The notes under the pieces: generated by a model
Told to the model about the DNA's origin: nothing
The model's input: only the letters and a program-made list of their open reading frames with translations
Database searches by the model: none
Shown here: positions 40,394 to 50,051 of the stretch, in pieces
How the letters are laid out: each line of letters starts with the position of its first letter
Numbering within the stretch: the first letter of the stretch is position 1
Made by a program: the position numbers and the translations under genes
IMG/VR virus record: IMGVR_UViG_3300042885_000570
Span: 21,149-85,148 of that record
Length of the DNA stretch: 64,000 bases
Origin: a virus
Reading direction: 5' to 3' (one strand)

Positions 40394-42598
40394 TTATTTT
40401 AAATTTTTAAATGGTGACCTGTTTAGTTTTTGACCTTCACCTAATCCACTTCTTCCTATATGTCTAAAAGGACTACTCTTTAATTTATACAAATTTTTTG
40501 ACTTATCCAATTTTAAACTTGCATCATCCATAACAACTCTCTTTGCATAACCAATATTTGCTTGTTGTATTTTTAAGAAAGACACTAGTGCAGCAAAGGC
40601 TACAAGCCTATCCACGTTGAGTCCATCTTGATAAGCTTGCATTTCTTTAAGTAACATAATATCTGGAATCCTTTCTACTCCATAATGTATCTTAACAGTA
40701 GTACCATCATCTTTCTGTATATGATCTATTTCTTCAGATAAGAAATCTTGAGTATAACTGATCATATGATTCTTGAATAGTACACCTGTATTTCTCCATC
40801 CATACTCTTGGAATACATTAGCATTAGCTCCTACATCTTTTAAGAATACTATTTGGTTTCTTGGTACTAGGTATCTTTGTTTCTTTCTAGCTAGCATATG
40901 ATTTATAAACTGTGAGATATTGTTCTCCACAATTGTAAAGGCATTATACCATTCTATTATTAGTTCTAGTCTCTCATGTGTTTTATTGATATCATCAAAT
41001 CTTCCGCACCATGCTGCTACAATCTTGTCTCTTTCTATAAATGTCTCAGCCTCACCGTTAGTAATCTTAGTCACTTCAACCGGTGCTTTCATTACATAGA
41101 TGGAACATAGTGATTCTGAGGTAGTTGTCTTACCTTCTGCAACAGGGTCAATACTTGCATAGTACATTCCATATGTAGGATCAGGTACTGGTCTTTCCCA
41201 TACTACTAGTGTACCAGTTTTATCTTCTGTCTTTTTAGATATAGGAAACTCTGATATTGGTAATTTATTTGTAGATTTTACTTTTACTTTACCTGTCTCA
41301 TCTCTAGATATATCTAGATGCTCTGATGAATATTCTTTTTCTTCTATTCTTCTTATCTGTGCATTAACTAAATGAGGAGGAAACTTAGCTGCTTTTCTAA
41401 ATGCAAATGCCTCTTCTATATTTCTTGGATGCTGAGAAACCTCAAGTTGATAATCTTTAGCTTCCTTGTTTTTCTTTATCTCTTCAAAATATTCATCTAA
41501 TGCTACTAATGCTTCTTCAACAAGTGAATTACCATAGTCATCTATGTAAGGTGGCATTGACCACTGCTCAGGTATAAATAAACCTGACTGACCTATTGTA
41601 CCATCTTTATCTATAAGATTAGTGTCTACAGGATATATATCATTACTAGTAGGATCAAGTATCATTTTCTTTAAAGGCTCACATTGTTCCAAATCCCCTA
41701 CTGATCCTGCTGCTATAAATAATCCAGTGGTTATCATACCTGATTTAAGTGCTGGTTTGATATATCCAAATGTAGTATCCATCTTAGGAGCAATTCCTGC
41801 TTCTTCATGAAAGAAGAACTTAACCGGACCCCCAACACCATTTGTTGGATCTTTCTCAAATGACATACCTTGCATAGTACCTTTAAGTCCTACTTCAGCT
41901 TTTCTATCACCTTTTCTTATCTCAATCTTTTGTTGCCACATCATCACCTTGTCTGGAGACATAGGTCTATACCATGCCGTGTGCTCATTTAAGAATGCTG
42001 CGTACTCTGATAAGAATTTCCACGTACCTTTCTCATTAATGTAATCTTTCAGGGAGGCACCCATCTTTAGAGTAACCCCTGCTTCAAACCATAACTGATT
42101 AATAAGCTTACCTGCGTGAAAATATGATGATGCTATCTGACGTTTTTTAAGAATAGCTACGTGCATGTAATTTATCTCTGCAAGTATTTCATATAACGCC
42201 ATATGATATTGAGCATCTCTTATCTTAGCAAATCCAAACTTTTGCTCCTCCTTATCAAAGATAGGTAAGAAGTTTAACCACATGTAATAATCTCTAGTAA
42301 GATACCATGACTTATTATTTGCTTTAACTATTACACCTAATCTGCATTTAGCTTTCTGGTCATCCCAGTATTTAATAAAATCTTTAGATTTAAATGGAGC
42401 TACACAATATACCTTGTCCCTGTTGAATCTTGTAGACTCAGAATTAAATATGGCATTAGTATTTTCATCAAATTCATACTCACCTGGTTCTCTAAATATT
42501 GACTTTATATAATCACCAAAATCTTTTCTACTATCAAATGTAGTAGTAGTCCAGGTACCATTATCCCAGGTTGGTATATTTGTATATATGTTTTCCAT
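40394..42598 (-). CDS. terL: Terminase large subunit (734 aa)
   Basis: Walker A-like KKRQIASSY, Walker B FHEEAG, nuclease motifs ASIDPV, IVENN and DRLV. Confidence 0.9.
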   Translation of the reverse strand: MENIYTNIPTWDNGTWTTTTFDSRKDFGDYIKSIFREPGEYEFDENTNAIFNSESTRFNRDKVYCVAPFKSKDFIKYWDDQKAKCRLGVIVKANNKSWYLTRDYYMWLNFLPIFDKEEQKFGFAKIRDAQYHMALYEILAEINYMHVAILKKRQIASSYFHAGKLINQLWFEAGVTLKMGASLKDYINEKGTWKFLSEYAAFLNEHTAWYRPMSPDKVMMWQQKIEIRKGDRKAEVGLKGTMQGMSFEKDPTNGVGGPVKFFFHEEAGIAPKMDTTFGYIKPALKSGMITTGLFIAAGSVGDLEQCEPLKKMILDPTSNDIYPVDTNLIDKDGTIGQSGLFIPEQWSMPPYIDDYGNSLVEEALVALDEYFEEIKKNKEAKDYQLEVSQHPRNIEEAFAFRKAAKFPPHLVNAQIRRIEEKEYSSEHLDISRDETGKVKVKSTNKLPISEFPISKKTEDKTGTLVVWERPVPDPTYGMYYASIDPVAEGKTTTSESLCSIYVMKAPVEVTKITNGEAETFIERDKIVAAWCGRFDDINKTHERLELIIEWYNAFTIVENNISQFINHMLARKKQRYLVPRNQIVFLKDVGANANVFQEYGWRNTGVLFKNHMISYTQDFLSEEIDHIQKDDGTTVKIHYGVERIPDIMLLKEMQAYQDGLNVDRLVAFAALVSFLKIQQANIGYAKRVVMDDASLKLDKSKNLYKLKSSPFRHIGRSGLGEGQKLNRSPFKNLK

Positions 42599-42600
42599 AA

Positions 42601-43293
42601 TTAAAGTCTTTTATAATGAAACCATTCAGGAGTTGTTATTGTTCCATTTAAGTATGCTCTTACAGTACTAAATGGTTTATTTAAAAATTCTGATAATTCT
42701 TTTCCTGAACCAAATATAGTATTAGTTTTAAGACACTTGATTGATTTTGCATTATAATGTTTAGCACCTGAAACACTTATTTTAATTTTTAATTTAGTTT
42801 CATCTGAAACATGTGTTCCTGATCTAAAATTACGCATCTTATTTTTAGATTCAATTGTATGCTTTTTACCTAACCATGTCTGTCTTCCTTTTGCTTTTAA
42901 AGATATTTTATTTTTTGCTTCATTAGTATGTTGTTTACCATAAAATGGATTAAATATATTTTCAATAGAAGCAATATACTCTTCTCTTAATAATTTATAT
43001 GTTCTAGAAGATGGTGCATATCTAATATTTTTTTTTGTATTAAGCATGTTCCATAATGCAGTATGCATAGCAGGTGAATTTGGATAAATTTTTGTAAGTA
43101 GTAAATGTGCAATGTAATGTTCTTTTGGTGTTAATAATACAATATTAGGATGATTAGTATTTCTACAATCACCTTCACCACCAAAAGATTTTGGTTTTAT
43201 ATGATGGGCTTCATAATAAATACCAGCTGCTTTTTTTCTAGCTTCTGATTTTGCTTTTATAATTAACTTATTATAAATGTTTATATAATTCAT
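42601..43293 (-). mobile_element. Free-standing HNH homing endonuclease with NUMOD3-like repeats (230 aa)
   Basis: EAHHIKPKSFGG...NIVLLTPKEHYIAHLLL HNH core; NPFYGKQHTNEAK and GKKHTIESK repeats. Confidence 0.85.
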
Positions 43294-43314
43294 ATGTGTT
43301 TGATTATTAATGTA

Positions 43315-43830
43315 TTATGAGTCATACGAGAGACCAATTCCTCCACGTACTTTACTAGACTGCTCATCTTGTAAATCTTTATATACACCTTTGAAAGATA
43401 ATCTTATCTGATCAAAGTTTTTAGCTGCTGCAATTAATGAATTTATATTTCCATCTCTACCTGCACTAATAGCTGTAGTCTCCATGTATCTAGCTAATCT
43501 ATCCAACATACTTCCTATACCTTTGTATGCTCTAGATGTAGGTGTGCTATACATATCTTCACAGAATTTTAATGCTTGCCTGATGGCCTCATCTTCTGTA
43601 GAAAAATCTGCTTCTATTTCCTCTATAATAATTTCTTCTTTATCTATCTCTGGTGTGTGAAAGAATGGATTAGAATCTGGATTAGGGCAAGTCATATAAA
43701 ATAAATACTGATATACCTTAAGGTGATTATCCGGATACTTTTCCATTATGTTTTTAAGAGTACGTAGAGTATAACAGTGCTCTGTTGGTACTACTACTCC
43801 ATTTTGTATGTCAAATAGTTTAGTATACAT
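43315..43830 (-). CDS. Putative terminase small subunit (171 aa)
   Basis: Helical protein upstream of TerL ending SKVRGG; assignment mainly by synteny. Confidence 0.45.
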   Translation of the reverse strand: MYTKLFDIQNGVVVPTEHCYTLRTLKNIMEKYPDNHLKVYQYLFYMTCPNPDSNPFFHTPEIDKEEIIIEEIEADFSTEDEAIRQALKFCEDMYSTPTSRAYKGIGSMLDRLARYMETTAISAGRDGNINSLIAAAKNFDQIRLSFKGVYKDLQDEQSSKVRGGIGLSYDS

Positions 43831-43831
43831 A

Positions 43832-44122
43832 TTAAAAAGGGTTTTTTACTTTTGGTTTAGACTTTATATTGAATAGATTTTTAAAACCATCTATTAATCC
43901 AGTTGCAAGATATGGCCAAAAAAGTAAATGATCATTATTATTTACAATATATCCTTTTAAATACTCCTCTTCTGGTGAGTAATTCTTACCTATTTTTTTA
44001 TTAGGTTTAATCTTTACAAGTAACTTACCTTTATATCTAAATAATACTAAACCTGAATAACCTAATATAACTGTTCTAAATGGGTAGTTCTTATCAAAAT
44101 GTCTTACTTGATAAAATTTCAT
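43832..44122 (-). CDS. Hypothetical protein (96 aa)
   Basis: ORF packed between neighbours on the coding strand. Confidence 0.6.
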   Translation of the reverse strand: MKFYQVRHFDKNYPFRTVILGYSGLVLFRYKGKLLVKIKPNKKIGKNYSPEEEYLKGYIVNNNDHLLFWPYLATGLIDGFKNLFNIKSKPKVKNPF

Positions 44123-44124
44123 AA

Positions 44125-44931
44125 TTATAAGTTTTTTAAAATTGCTATTACTTCTTCTTTTAAATATGGCATCTCCATAGGTATTACCTGTTTGATTACA
44201 GGATCACCTCCGTCATCATATTTGGTAATAGGATAACCATTATTATCTTCACCTTCTAATTCAAATAGTACATGATGTATAAACATCTTTCCTGGTTTTA
44301 ATCTAGGATTGTGCTTTAACATAATATACATGTAAATACTTAATTGTAATGCATAGTGATTAAAGTTACAGTCATCTAAATGAGATACCGGATGTTGTAG
44401 TTTATCACTGATACCATCCCAGTCTTTATATGATTCTGTATCAATTTTCTTATTAGTCTTGTAATCAATGATGTTTATCTTATCATTTACTACTTCTACC
44501 AAATCTGATTGTCCACATATTCCAACTGATTTTAGGTATACCATATGTTCAGGATATACACCTGGATCCAACTTCTGTAATGGTGCATACTTTAAACTGT
44601 TCTCTTCTGGTACAGGAGGTACAATAGGAATGATAACTCCATCCACTTCTAGTGAAGATAGACTGCATAGATCAGCTTCTCTTTGGTTGTGATAATATGT
44701 ACCTAATGTAGTAGCTCTTAATGCTTCATCATCCCATATCTTAATGATATCTTCAGGTTTAATCCCATACCATTTAGATTTTTTATTCTTAGAAACCTTT
44801 TTAGCTACTGCTTCTTTATCAAAATGCTTCTTAAGTTTTGATATAAGACTTGTTACACTAGTCCACTTGATTTGTTCTTCACCTTCAATACTAGTGTAAC
44901 TGTGATCATCTGCTTTAAATACTATACTCAT
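44125..44931 (-). CDS. PD-(D/E)XK exonuclease (268 aa)
   Basis: GQSDLV...IIDYKTNK...HYALQLSIY motifs. Confidence 0.85.
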   Translation of the reverse strand: MSIVFKADDHSYTSIEGEEQIKWTSVTSLISKLKKHFDKEAVAKKVSKNKKSKWYGIKPEDIIKIWDDEALRATTLGTYYHNQREADLCSLSSLEVDGVIIPIVPPVPEENSLKYAPLQKLDPGVYPEHMVYLKSVGICGQSDLVEVVNDKINIIDYKTNKKIDTESYKDWDGISDKLQHPVSHLDDCNFNHYALQLSIYMYIMLKHNPRLKPGKMFIHHVLFELEGEDNNGYPITKYDDGGDPVIKQVIPMEMPYLKEEVIAILKNL

Positions 44932-45230
44932 GCTGTCTCAAGATTATTAATTATTTCTTTAGCTAATATAATAGATGGTGTATCATGTGAATCTAGCATC
45001 TTTTTTAAATTCTCACACTCTTCAGGATCTAATTTATTCTCAAGTTGAATAATACGTATACTTTGTCTATATACTTTTAACTCCAGTTTTTCAATTAGCA
45101 TTCCCCACTTAGGTGTAAGATCACCACCATTTGCAAATTTACTTGCTGTACTATTTATATCCATACCGTTACTACCAATATGATTAGATGTATATAAACC
45201 TTGTGCTGTTAAATTTCCTAGAGTTGCCAT
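44928..45230 (-). CDS. Hypothetical protein (100 aa)
   Basis: ATGA-coupled ORF in the operon. Confidence 0.6.
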   Translation of the reverse strand: MATLGNLTAQGLYTSNHIGSNGMDINSTASKFANGGDLTPKWGMLIEKLELKVYRQSIRIIQLENKLDPEECENLKKMLDSHDTPSIILAKEIINNLETA

Positions 45231-45232
45231 AA

Positions 45233-45532
45233 TTATAATGTATTAAGTTTATCTTCTTCTTCTTCTGTAAGTACTGCATGCCATCTTAAGTCTGGACACT
45301 CTGCTGATAATGATCTTAACTTAATAGTAAATGAGCATCCACATAAATTACAACATGGTTGTGTACCTGGTACTACACATGATGTACCTATATCATCTTT
45401 TCTCACACATGCATTACACACCTCTCTTCTTTGTGCAGCTACTTCCTCTACAAATTCATCTCTTATTAGGGCATTCTTTATACCCTCCATGATCTGCTTT
45501 CTATTCTTCCAAATCTTTCCCAGTTTTCCCAT
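45233..45532 (-). CDS. Zn-binding protein (99 aa)
   Basis: RREVCNAC...CNLCGC...K.RS...CP...W pattern. Confidence 0.65.
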   Translation of the reverse strand: MGKLGKIWKNRKQIMEGIKNALIRDEFVEEVAAQRREVCNACVRKDDIGTSCVVPGTQPCCNLCGCSFTIKLRSLSAECPDLRWHAVLTEEEEDKLNTL

Positions 45533-45890
45533 CTGCTTTCTCTTTTAAAAATTTATCCTTTAATTGTTTTTCCTGTTGAAGCACTATTTTAATGTTATTC
45601 ATCTTTTCAAGTTTAGCTTCTAGATTCTTTTTATCAAAGTAATTACTAAATGTATTAGTAGTTGCTTTATTAACTCTAGCATTATACTTGTTAATTAATC
45701 CATCAATAGTTCTTTCTTTAACTACCATTTGCCCTAAACCATCAATGTTTATTTTAGTATGACTTAAATTACTTAATAGTTTTCTTACCTCTTTATAGTA
45801 AAATGTCATAAAAGTATCCACTAATGATTCTGATTGGTTTAAATCTTCAGCTACTTGTTTATATAATATGATAGGTTTCTTTGGTATCAT
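45501..45890 (-). CDS. HU/IHF-like DNA-binding protein (129 aa)
   Basis: VAEDLNQSESLV...INIDGLGQMVVK resembles the HU fold. Confidence 0.65.
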   Translation of the reverse strand: MIPKKPIILYKQVAEDLNQSESLVDTFMTFYYKEVRKLLSNLSHTKINIDGLGQMVVKERTIDGLINKYNARVNKATTNTFSNYFDKKNLEAKLEKMNNIKIVLQQEKQLKDKFLKEKADGKTGKDLEE

Positions 45891-46249
45891 TTGCCTAAAA
45901 ACTTATAATCCAATAATATATCTCCTTCTGTCTGAACCTTTAAACCTGGGTTTAATTTAATCATTTTTTTATCTGCATCATCTTTGATCACTAACATATT
46001 TTTCATTGCTTTATTAACTGCATTTCTAACTGTTTGTGGAGATTTAAAAATCATGTGTTCATCTGATGATGCATCATAACAAAAATGAGTTAACTCAATT
46101 GGTCCTGTTATGCTCAATAATGTTAAACAGTTTAAGTCAGATTCACTCACTACTATACGGTTAATATAGCAGTGAGATAATATCTGAAACTTTACAATTT
46201 CCCATTTAGGCATTACAGCACGTTTCTGTACTTGTATTACTAATGCCAT
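45887..46249 (-). CDS. Winged-HTH (RepL-like) protein (120 aa)
   Basis: SPQTVRNAVNKAMKNMLVIK...IKLNP recognition helix and wing. Confidence 0.5.
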   Translation of the reverse strand: MALVIQVQKRAVMPKWEIVKFQILSHCYINRIVVSESDLNCLTLLSITGPIELTHFCYDASSDEHMIFKSPQTVRNAVNKAMKNMLVIKDDADKKMIKLNPGLKVQTEGDILLDYKFLGK

Positions 46250-46255
46250 ATCTAA

Positions 46256-46537
46256 TTATTTTTGTCCTTGCTCAGGAATGTTTGGGGAATTGTCAATGTC
46301 ATGATCAGAACCTGTTGGTTGCTCTTGTTGGTTTTGCTCCATCATAGCATACTGATACTGGATTGATGTTCTTTTGAATCTTGCCTCATCAATTTCACAC
46401 AATGTTTTTTCATACTCTGCTTGTGCTCTTAAATAAGGTAATGACTCAGTGTAGAATCTAAGCATCTGCTCTTTTTTCTCAGCTAATTCTTCTGCTGTTA
46501 ACTCTACTTCTTGCTCTTGTTGGTTTACATTTTCCAT
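46256..46537 (-). CDS. Acidic coiled-coil hypothetical protein (93 aa)
   Basis: ORF downstream of a TATATTTG element. Confidence 0.6.
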   Translation of the reverse strand: MENVNQQEQEVELTAEELAEKKEQMLRFYTESLPYLRAQAEYEKTLCEIDEARFKRTSIQYQYAMMEQNQQEQPTGSDHDIDNSPNIPEQGQK

Positions 46538-46597
46538 CTTATATATTTTTAAGTTTACACAAATATACTAAATAAGTTTAAACTTTTATTATTTAAA

Positions 46598-46628
46598 CAA
46601 AAAAACTCAGACTTATAAGGCCTGAGTT
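46598..46628 (-). terminator. Intrinsic terminator after the lysis cluster
   Basis: AACTCAG / CTGAGTT stem plus U-tract on the minus strand. Confidence 0.65.
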
Positions 46629-46649
46629 AAATATGTATTATGGAGAGTG

Positions 46650-46808
46650 TTATCTATTCTTGATAGTAAAGTTTAAAACTGTAAGCATGTAGAAACGTCT
46701 ATCTATATCCATTTCTATTGTAAAGATATCTATAGCTCCTAGTCTTAATCTTACACAAACCTTATCCCATTGTTTATGTTTTATTGTCCAAGCATTTCTT
46801 ACTTTCAT
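46650..46808 (-). CDS. 52-aa hypothetical protein
   Basis: Hand-translated MKVRNAWTIKHKQWDKVCVRLRLGAIDIF...FTIKNR; ATGA overlap with the endolysin stop. Confidence 0.65.
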   Translation of the reverse strand: MKVRNAWTIKHKQWDKVCVRLRLGAIDIFTIEMDIDRRFYMLTVLNFTIKNR

Positions 46809-47401
46809 ACTATATCTTTTGATTCAATTAATGTATAAGTAAAATGATTACCGTGTATTTTAGCTGCTTTCTTACAGATCTTCATAAATGCATCAAAGTC
46901 TTTAACTCTTTTGAATACTTGACATCCTTCTGACCAGTTCTCTACCCATGTAGAATCTTGTCCAGCTTTGTGTATATTGATACCAAACATTCCTGTATCA
47001 GTATTAGCTTCATCATATACTAGATCTTTATTAGAATCTCTGAATACTTTTACAGCACCAAGTCTTTGACATAATGCTTCATATTTACCTTGATGTTTAT
47101 CAATTGAATAAACTCCTCTATATTGTCCTGGAACTAATCTTGCTACACCTTTTACATTATGATACTGTTGTACTCCTTTCTTACCTGGTTCTGTAGTATT
47201 CTTCCACTCATTGAATTGCCATACACCATTCTCATCTCTGTAAGATATAGTAATAGTATCATCAAATAAGTTAGTAACTACTTTACCTGTTGAGGAGTTA
47301 CGGATACCTACAATGTTTACATCATATCCTTTATCTGCTGTATCTTCAAACCACTTGTATCCTTTGGCCAATACTGCATTTCTAACTTGACTTAAAATCA
47401 T
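46805..47401 (-). CDS. Endolysin candidate, L,D-transpeptidase (YkuD)-like fold (198 aa)
   Basis: FGINIHKAG...NWSEGCQV His/Cys motif; next to transmembrane genes. Confidence 0.7.
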   Translation of the reverse strand: MILSQVRNAVLAKGYKWFEDTADKGYDVNIVGIRNSSTGKVVTNLFDDTITISYRDENGVWQFNEWKNTTEPGKKGVQQYHNVKGVARLVPGQYRGVYSIDKHQGKYEALCQRLGAVKVFRDSNKDLVYDEANTDTGMFGINIHKAGQDSTWVENWSEGCQVFKRVKDFDAFMKICKKAAKIHGNHFTYTLIESKDIV

Positions 47402-47402
47402 A

Positions 47403-47684
47403 TTATTGTTTATTAGTGATTATGTCTTCAACATAATGATCTCTCTGTTGTATTAAGTATGACTCTCTTATTGTCATTCTCTCAATCTGATCATTAATTA
47501 ACTCATTTATTATTAAATCTTTTTTTGCTAATTCAGCTTCAGTCTTTATACGTTGTGTATCATATATCTTATTCTGATAATATAATCCACCTAGCATTAA
47601 GACTATTGTAAAAGATTGTTCTTTTAATCTTGATAAAAAAATATCTAACACGCTTGTTGCTAAATTATTTTTAGATTCACTCAT
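47403..47684 (-). CDS. Membrane-anchored coiled-coil protein (93 aa)
   Basis: FTIVLMLGGLYY hydrophobic segment then coiled coil; in the lysis cluster. Confidence 0.5.
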   Translation of the reverse strand: MSESKNNLATSVLDIFLSRLKEQSFTIVLMLGGLYYQNKIYDTQRIKTEAELAKKDLIINELINDQIERMTIRESYLIQQRDHYVEDIITNKQ

Positions 47685-48172
47685 ATAACTATTTCATAAA
47701 AGAAATTAGCTTTACACCAATCATAAAGATCTTGAGGTGAAAACCTGTATGCTTTTTCTACTCCGTATACCCAAGCTACGTATTCAGAACAATACATTGC
47801 TCTAGTTGTATCTCCTTTTTCTACCCATTCACCTGTTACTAGTTCAACTGGTTGTCTAAGTAGTAAGCCTTCAAAATCATATGCTGTGTGTCCTACTTTT
47901 GTAAGAGCTCTTTGTGCAAATGTTTTTTCATTTACTAGGTCAGATGATCTATGTACAGTAATACTGTAATTGTATTTATCCTGCCAATCATTCCAAGGTC
48001 TTAAGTTTACACCATCTTTTTGTGCATCTATTACATATGGTTGTCCCCATATCTCAATAAATACTGCTGAGTGACTAAATTTAGATTTAGTAGCTTTTTT
48101 AATTAATCTACTCAATAACTTTTTACCACTACAATGTAGTATGTCTCCTGTTTTTAATGCTGTAGCATTCAT
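47681..48172 (-). CDS. Permuted papain-like (YiiX/YebB, NlpC/P60) hydrolase (163 aa)
   Basis: LKTGDIL...FSHSAV...YCSEYV, with His preceding Cys. Confidence 0.8.
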   Translation of the reverse strand: MNATALKTGDILHCSGKKLLSRLIKKATKSKFSHSAVFIEIWGQPYVIDAQKDGVNLRPWNDWQDKYNYSITVHRSSDLVNEKTFAQRALTKVGHTAYDFEGLLLRQPVELVTGEWVEKGDTTRAMYCSEYVAWVYGVEKAYRFSPQDLYDWCKANFFYEIVI

Positions 48173-48483
48173 TTAGCGTTTTGTTTTATTTGAAAGGACA
48201 CAAGTTCACCCACAGTATCAGATAGTTTCCCTATCTGTGATGCCATGTTTTTGATCTCTTGTTGTGTTACCTCTTGTATTAACTGATACTTCAATCTATG
48301 TTCTTGCTCAAGCAGTTCAAGTTTCCCTTTTAATTTACCATGATCTTCCCTATGCTCTTGAAATTCTTTACTCAAAGAGCTTAAGTCTGTAATGATTGTC
48401 TTATAAGAACTCTTAATAAAGAAACCTATAATTGCTATTATTGTTCCTGAGACAAATAATATAATTGTTAGCATTGAATCCAT
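48169..48483 (-). CDS. Holin/antiholin-like protein with one TM helix and a coiled coil (104 aa)
   Basis: N-terminal TM helix MLTIILFVSGTIIAIIGFFI. Confidence 0.55.
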   Translation of the reverse strand: MDSMLTIILFVSGTIIAIIGFFIKSSYKTIITDLSSLSKEFQEHREDHGKLKGKLELLEQEHRLKYQLIQEVTQQEIKNMASQIGKLSDTVGELVSFQIKQNAK

Positions 48484-48541
48484 CTGTTATTTTTTATAAA
48501 TATATACATATAATATAATAAAAAAAACAATAGGATAATAA

Positions 48542-48766
48542 TTATTCAACAGTTAATTGTGATAAAGTTGCAGTTACTGATCCGGCTAATAACAAATAGC
48601 CAGCTGCTGAAACAAGTGCTGCAGGTAATGCAACAGGCGCAGCTATTATAACTCCACCAATAGCACCAGCTACTACACCTAATCTTTGTACTTTTTTCCA
48701 AAATGTTGGTGTCTTACCATTCCATCTTGTTTTTAATTCTGTTGCTGTTGTTTTTATCTTTTTCAT
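48542..48766 (-). CDS. Holin-like protein with two TM helices (74 aa)
   Basis: Basic N-terminus, TPTFWKK, two hydrophobic helices. Confidence 0.6.
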   Translation of the reverse strand: MKKIKTTATELKTRWNGKTPTFWKKVQRLGVVAGAIGGVIIAAPVALPAALVSAAGYLLLAGSVTATLSQLTVE

Positions 48767-48796
48767 AATTCAAATTGGTTTCTTATTTAATTAAGT

Positions 48797-49435
48797 TTAT
48801 GAGTACAATGTACAAGCAAATCTAATCCCGGTAGCCGTACCAGTTGGTGCTGTAGGCATGGTTGTTATATTTGCTGTATTAGTTATTCCAAATAAAGCAT
48901 CTGAGATTCCCACATCATATACAGTTCTCCAAGAAATTCCATCTGCATAGTACCCTACAACAAGATTTTCTCCAACTACTAAGTCTAATGTTTGTCCTAC
49001 TTCTGCTGTAAGTGAAATTTCATTTGGTCCAATAGAACATGCCGCAGCACCTTGACCTATTAAAGTCAATGTACTACCTAAACGACCTCTATAAATCCCA
49101 AAATAAACTATATCAGTACCAGAAAAACCCCATAGTTTTACTTTAGATATAGTTCCTGTAACTGTACTTATTGTTTGATAATAGTATTGAGTTGATGCAG
49201 CGGTTGGTGCTGTATCCGCAGAAGATACATCTTGAGGTGAAAACCCAACCGCAGTATTACTTACATTAAATATTTCTAATATTACTCCTGCTGAATTTTT
49301 ATAATGAACTAACTTATCTGTTAAATCAAAGAAATATGTACTATTTGATACAGAAGCCCAATCAGCACTTGATGCTGTAGTTACTGTATATTTAGTTCCT
49401 GCTACAGGTGTTCCTGTTACTGTTAATACCGCCAT
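48797..49435 (-). CDS. Fibre-tip / receptor-binding-like protein (212 aa)
   Basis: Thr/Val-rich beta protein; N-terminal ~56 aa paralogous to the next gene. Confidence 0.5.
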   Translation of the reverse strand: MAVLTVTGTPVAGTKYTVTTASSADWASVSNSTYFFDLTDKLVHYKNSAGVILEIFNVSNTAVGFSPQDVSSADTAPTAASTQYYYQTISTVTGTISKVKLWGFSGTDIVYFGIYRGRLGSTLTLIGQGAAACSIGPNEISLTAEVGQTLDLVVGENLVVGYYADGISWRTVYDVGISDALFGITNTANITTMPTAPTGTATGIRFACTLYS

Positions 49436-49450
49436 AATTATATATATATA

Positions 49451-50050
49451 TCAAATCTCTTCTATCCACAATTGGATCAACATTGTAACTTGCGTAGGCT
49501 CAGTAACAAGGTTAGCTATTATTGCTTGCACGTTTATTTCATCTCCTTCTGTTACCGCTGCACTTATTGTGTAAATATCATGTCTTGTAAAAGGAGCTGT
49601 ACCTGAATACAAGTTTGTTCCGGTAATTGTTGTAGAAGTACTTGTAGTATTATTAAAAAGCTGAATCGTTGGTGAGGGTGATGCTGAAGATGAAACACCA
49701 TTAACATTAGTCATTATACTTACTTTCTTAACCACTCCTGATTTTGGGACGGCAACCCTTCTACTTCCAACATTTGTTGCAGAAGGGGTAGTATAATTAA
49801 GCCCACCAATATTCCAAGTAGTATTCCTAGACATTGTATTTGTAGCGTGACCAAGAGTTAAAGTATAACCTGATATAGGTGTAAATACCTCTAAAACTAT
49901 ACCACTACTACTTTTGTAATGAACAAGTTTATCAACTTTATCATAAAAGTATGTGTTATTAGCTACTGAAGGCCAGTCCGCTGATGTATCAGTTACAACT
50001 GTATAATTGACTGCACCTGCCATTCTTGTTGTTACTGTAGTTACTGCCAT
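49451..50050 (-). CDS. Fibre-tip / receptor-binding-like protein (199 aa)
   Basis: Shares the SADW.SV.N.TYF.D..DKLVHYK.S.G..LE.F N-terminus with 48797..49435. Confidence 0.5.
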   Translation of the reverse strand: MAVTTVTTRMAGAVNYTVVTDTSADWPSVANNTYFYDKVDKLVHYKSSSGIVLEVFTPISGYTLTLGHATNTMSRNTTWNIGGLNYTTPSATNVGSRRVAVPKSGVVKKVSIMTNVNGVSSSASPSPTIQLFNNTTSTSTTITGTNLYSGTAPFTRHDIYTISAAVTEGDEINVQAIIANLVTEPTQVTMLIQLWIEEI

Positions 50051-50051
50051 T

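Noticed and set aside
34618-43293. Introns or inteins in terL, portal or MCP
   Set aside because: ORFs are continuous and of plausible size, with no intein C..HN-C/S/T signature noticed; the HNH gene is intergenic
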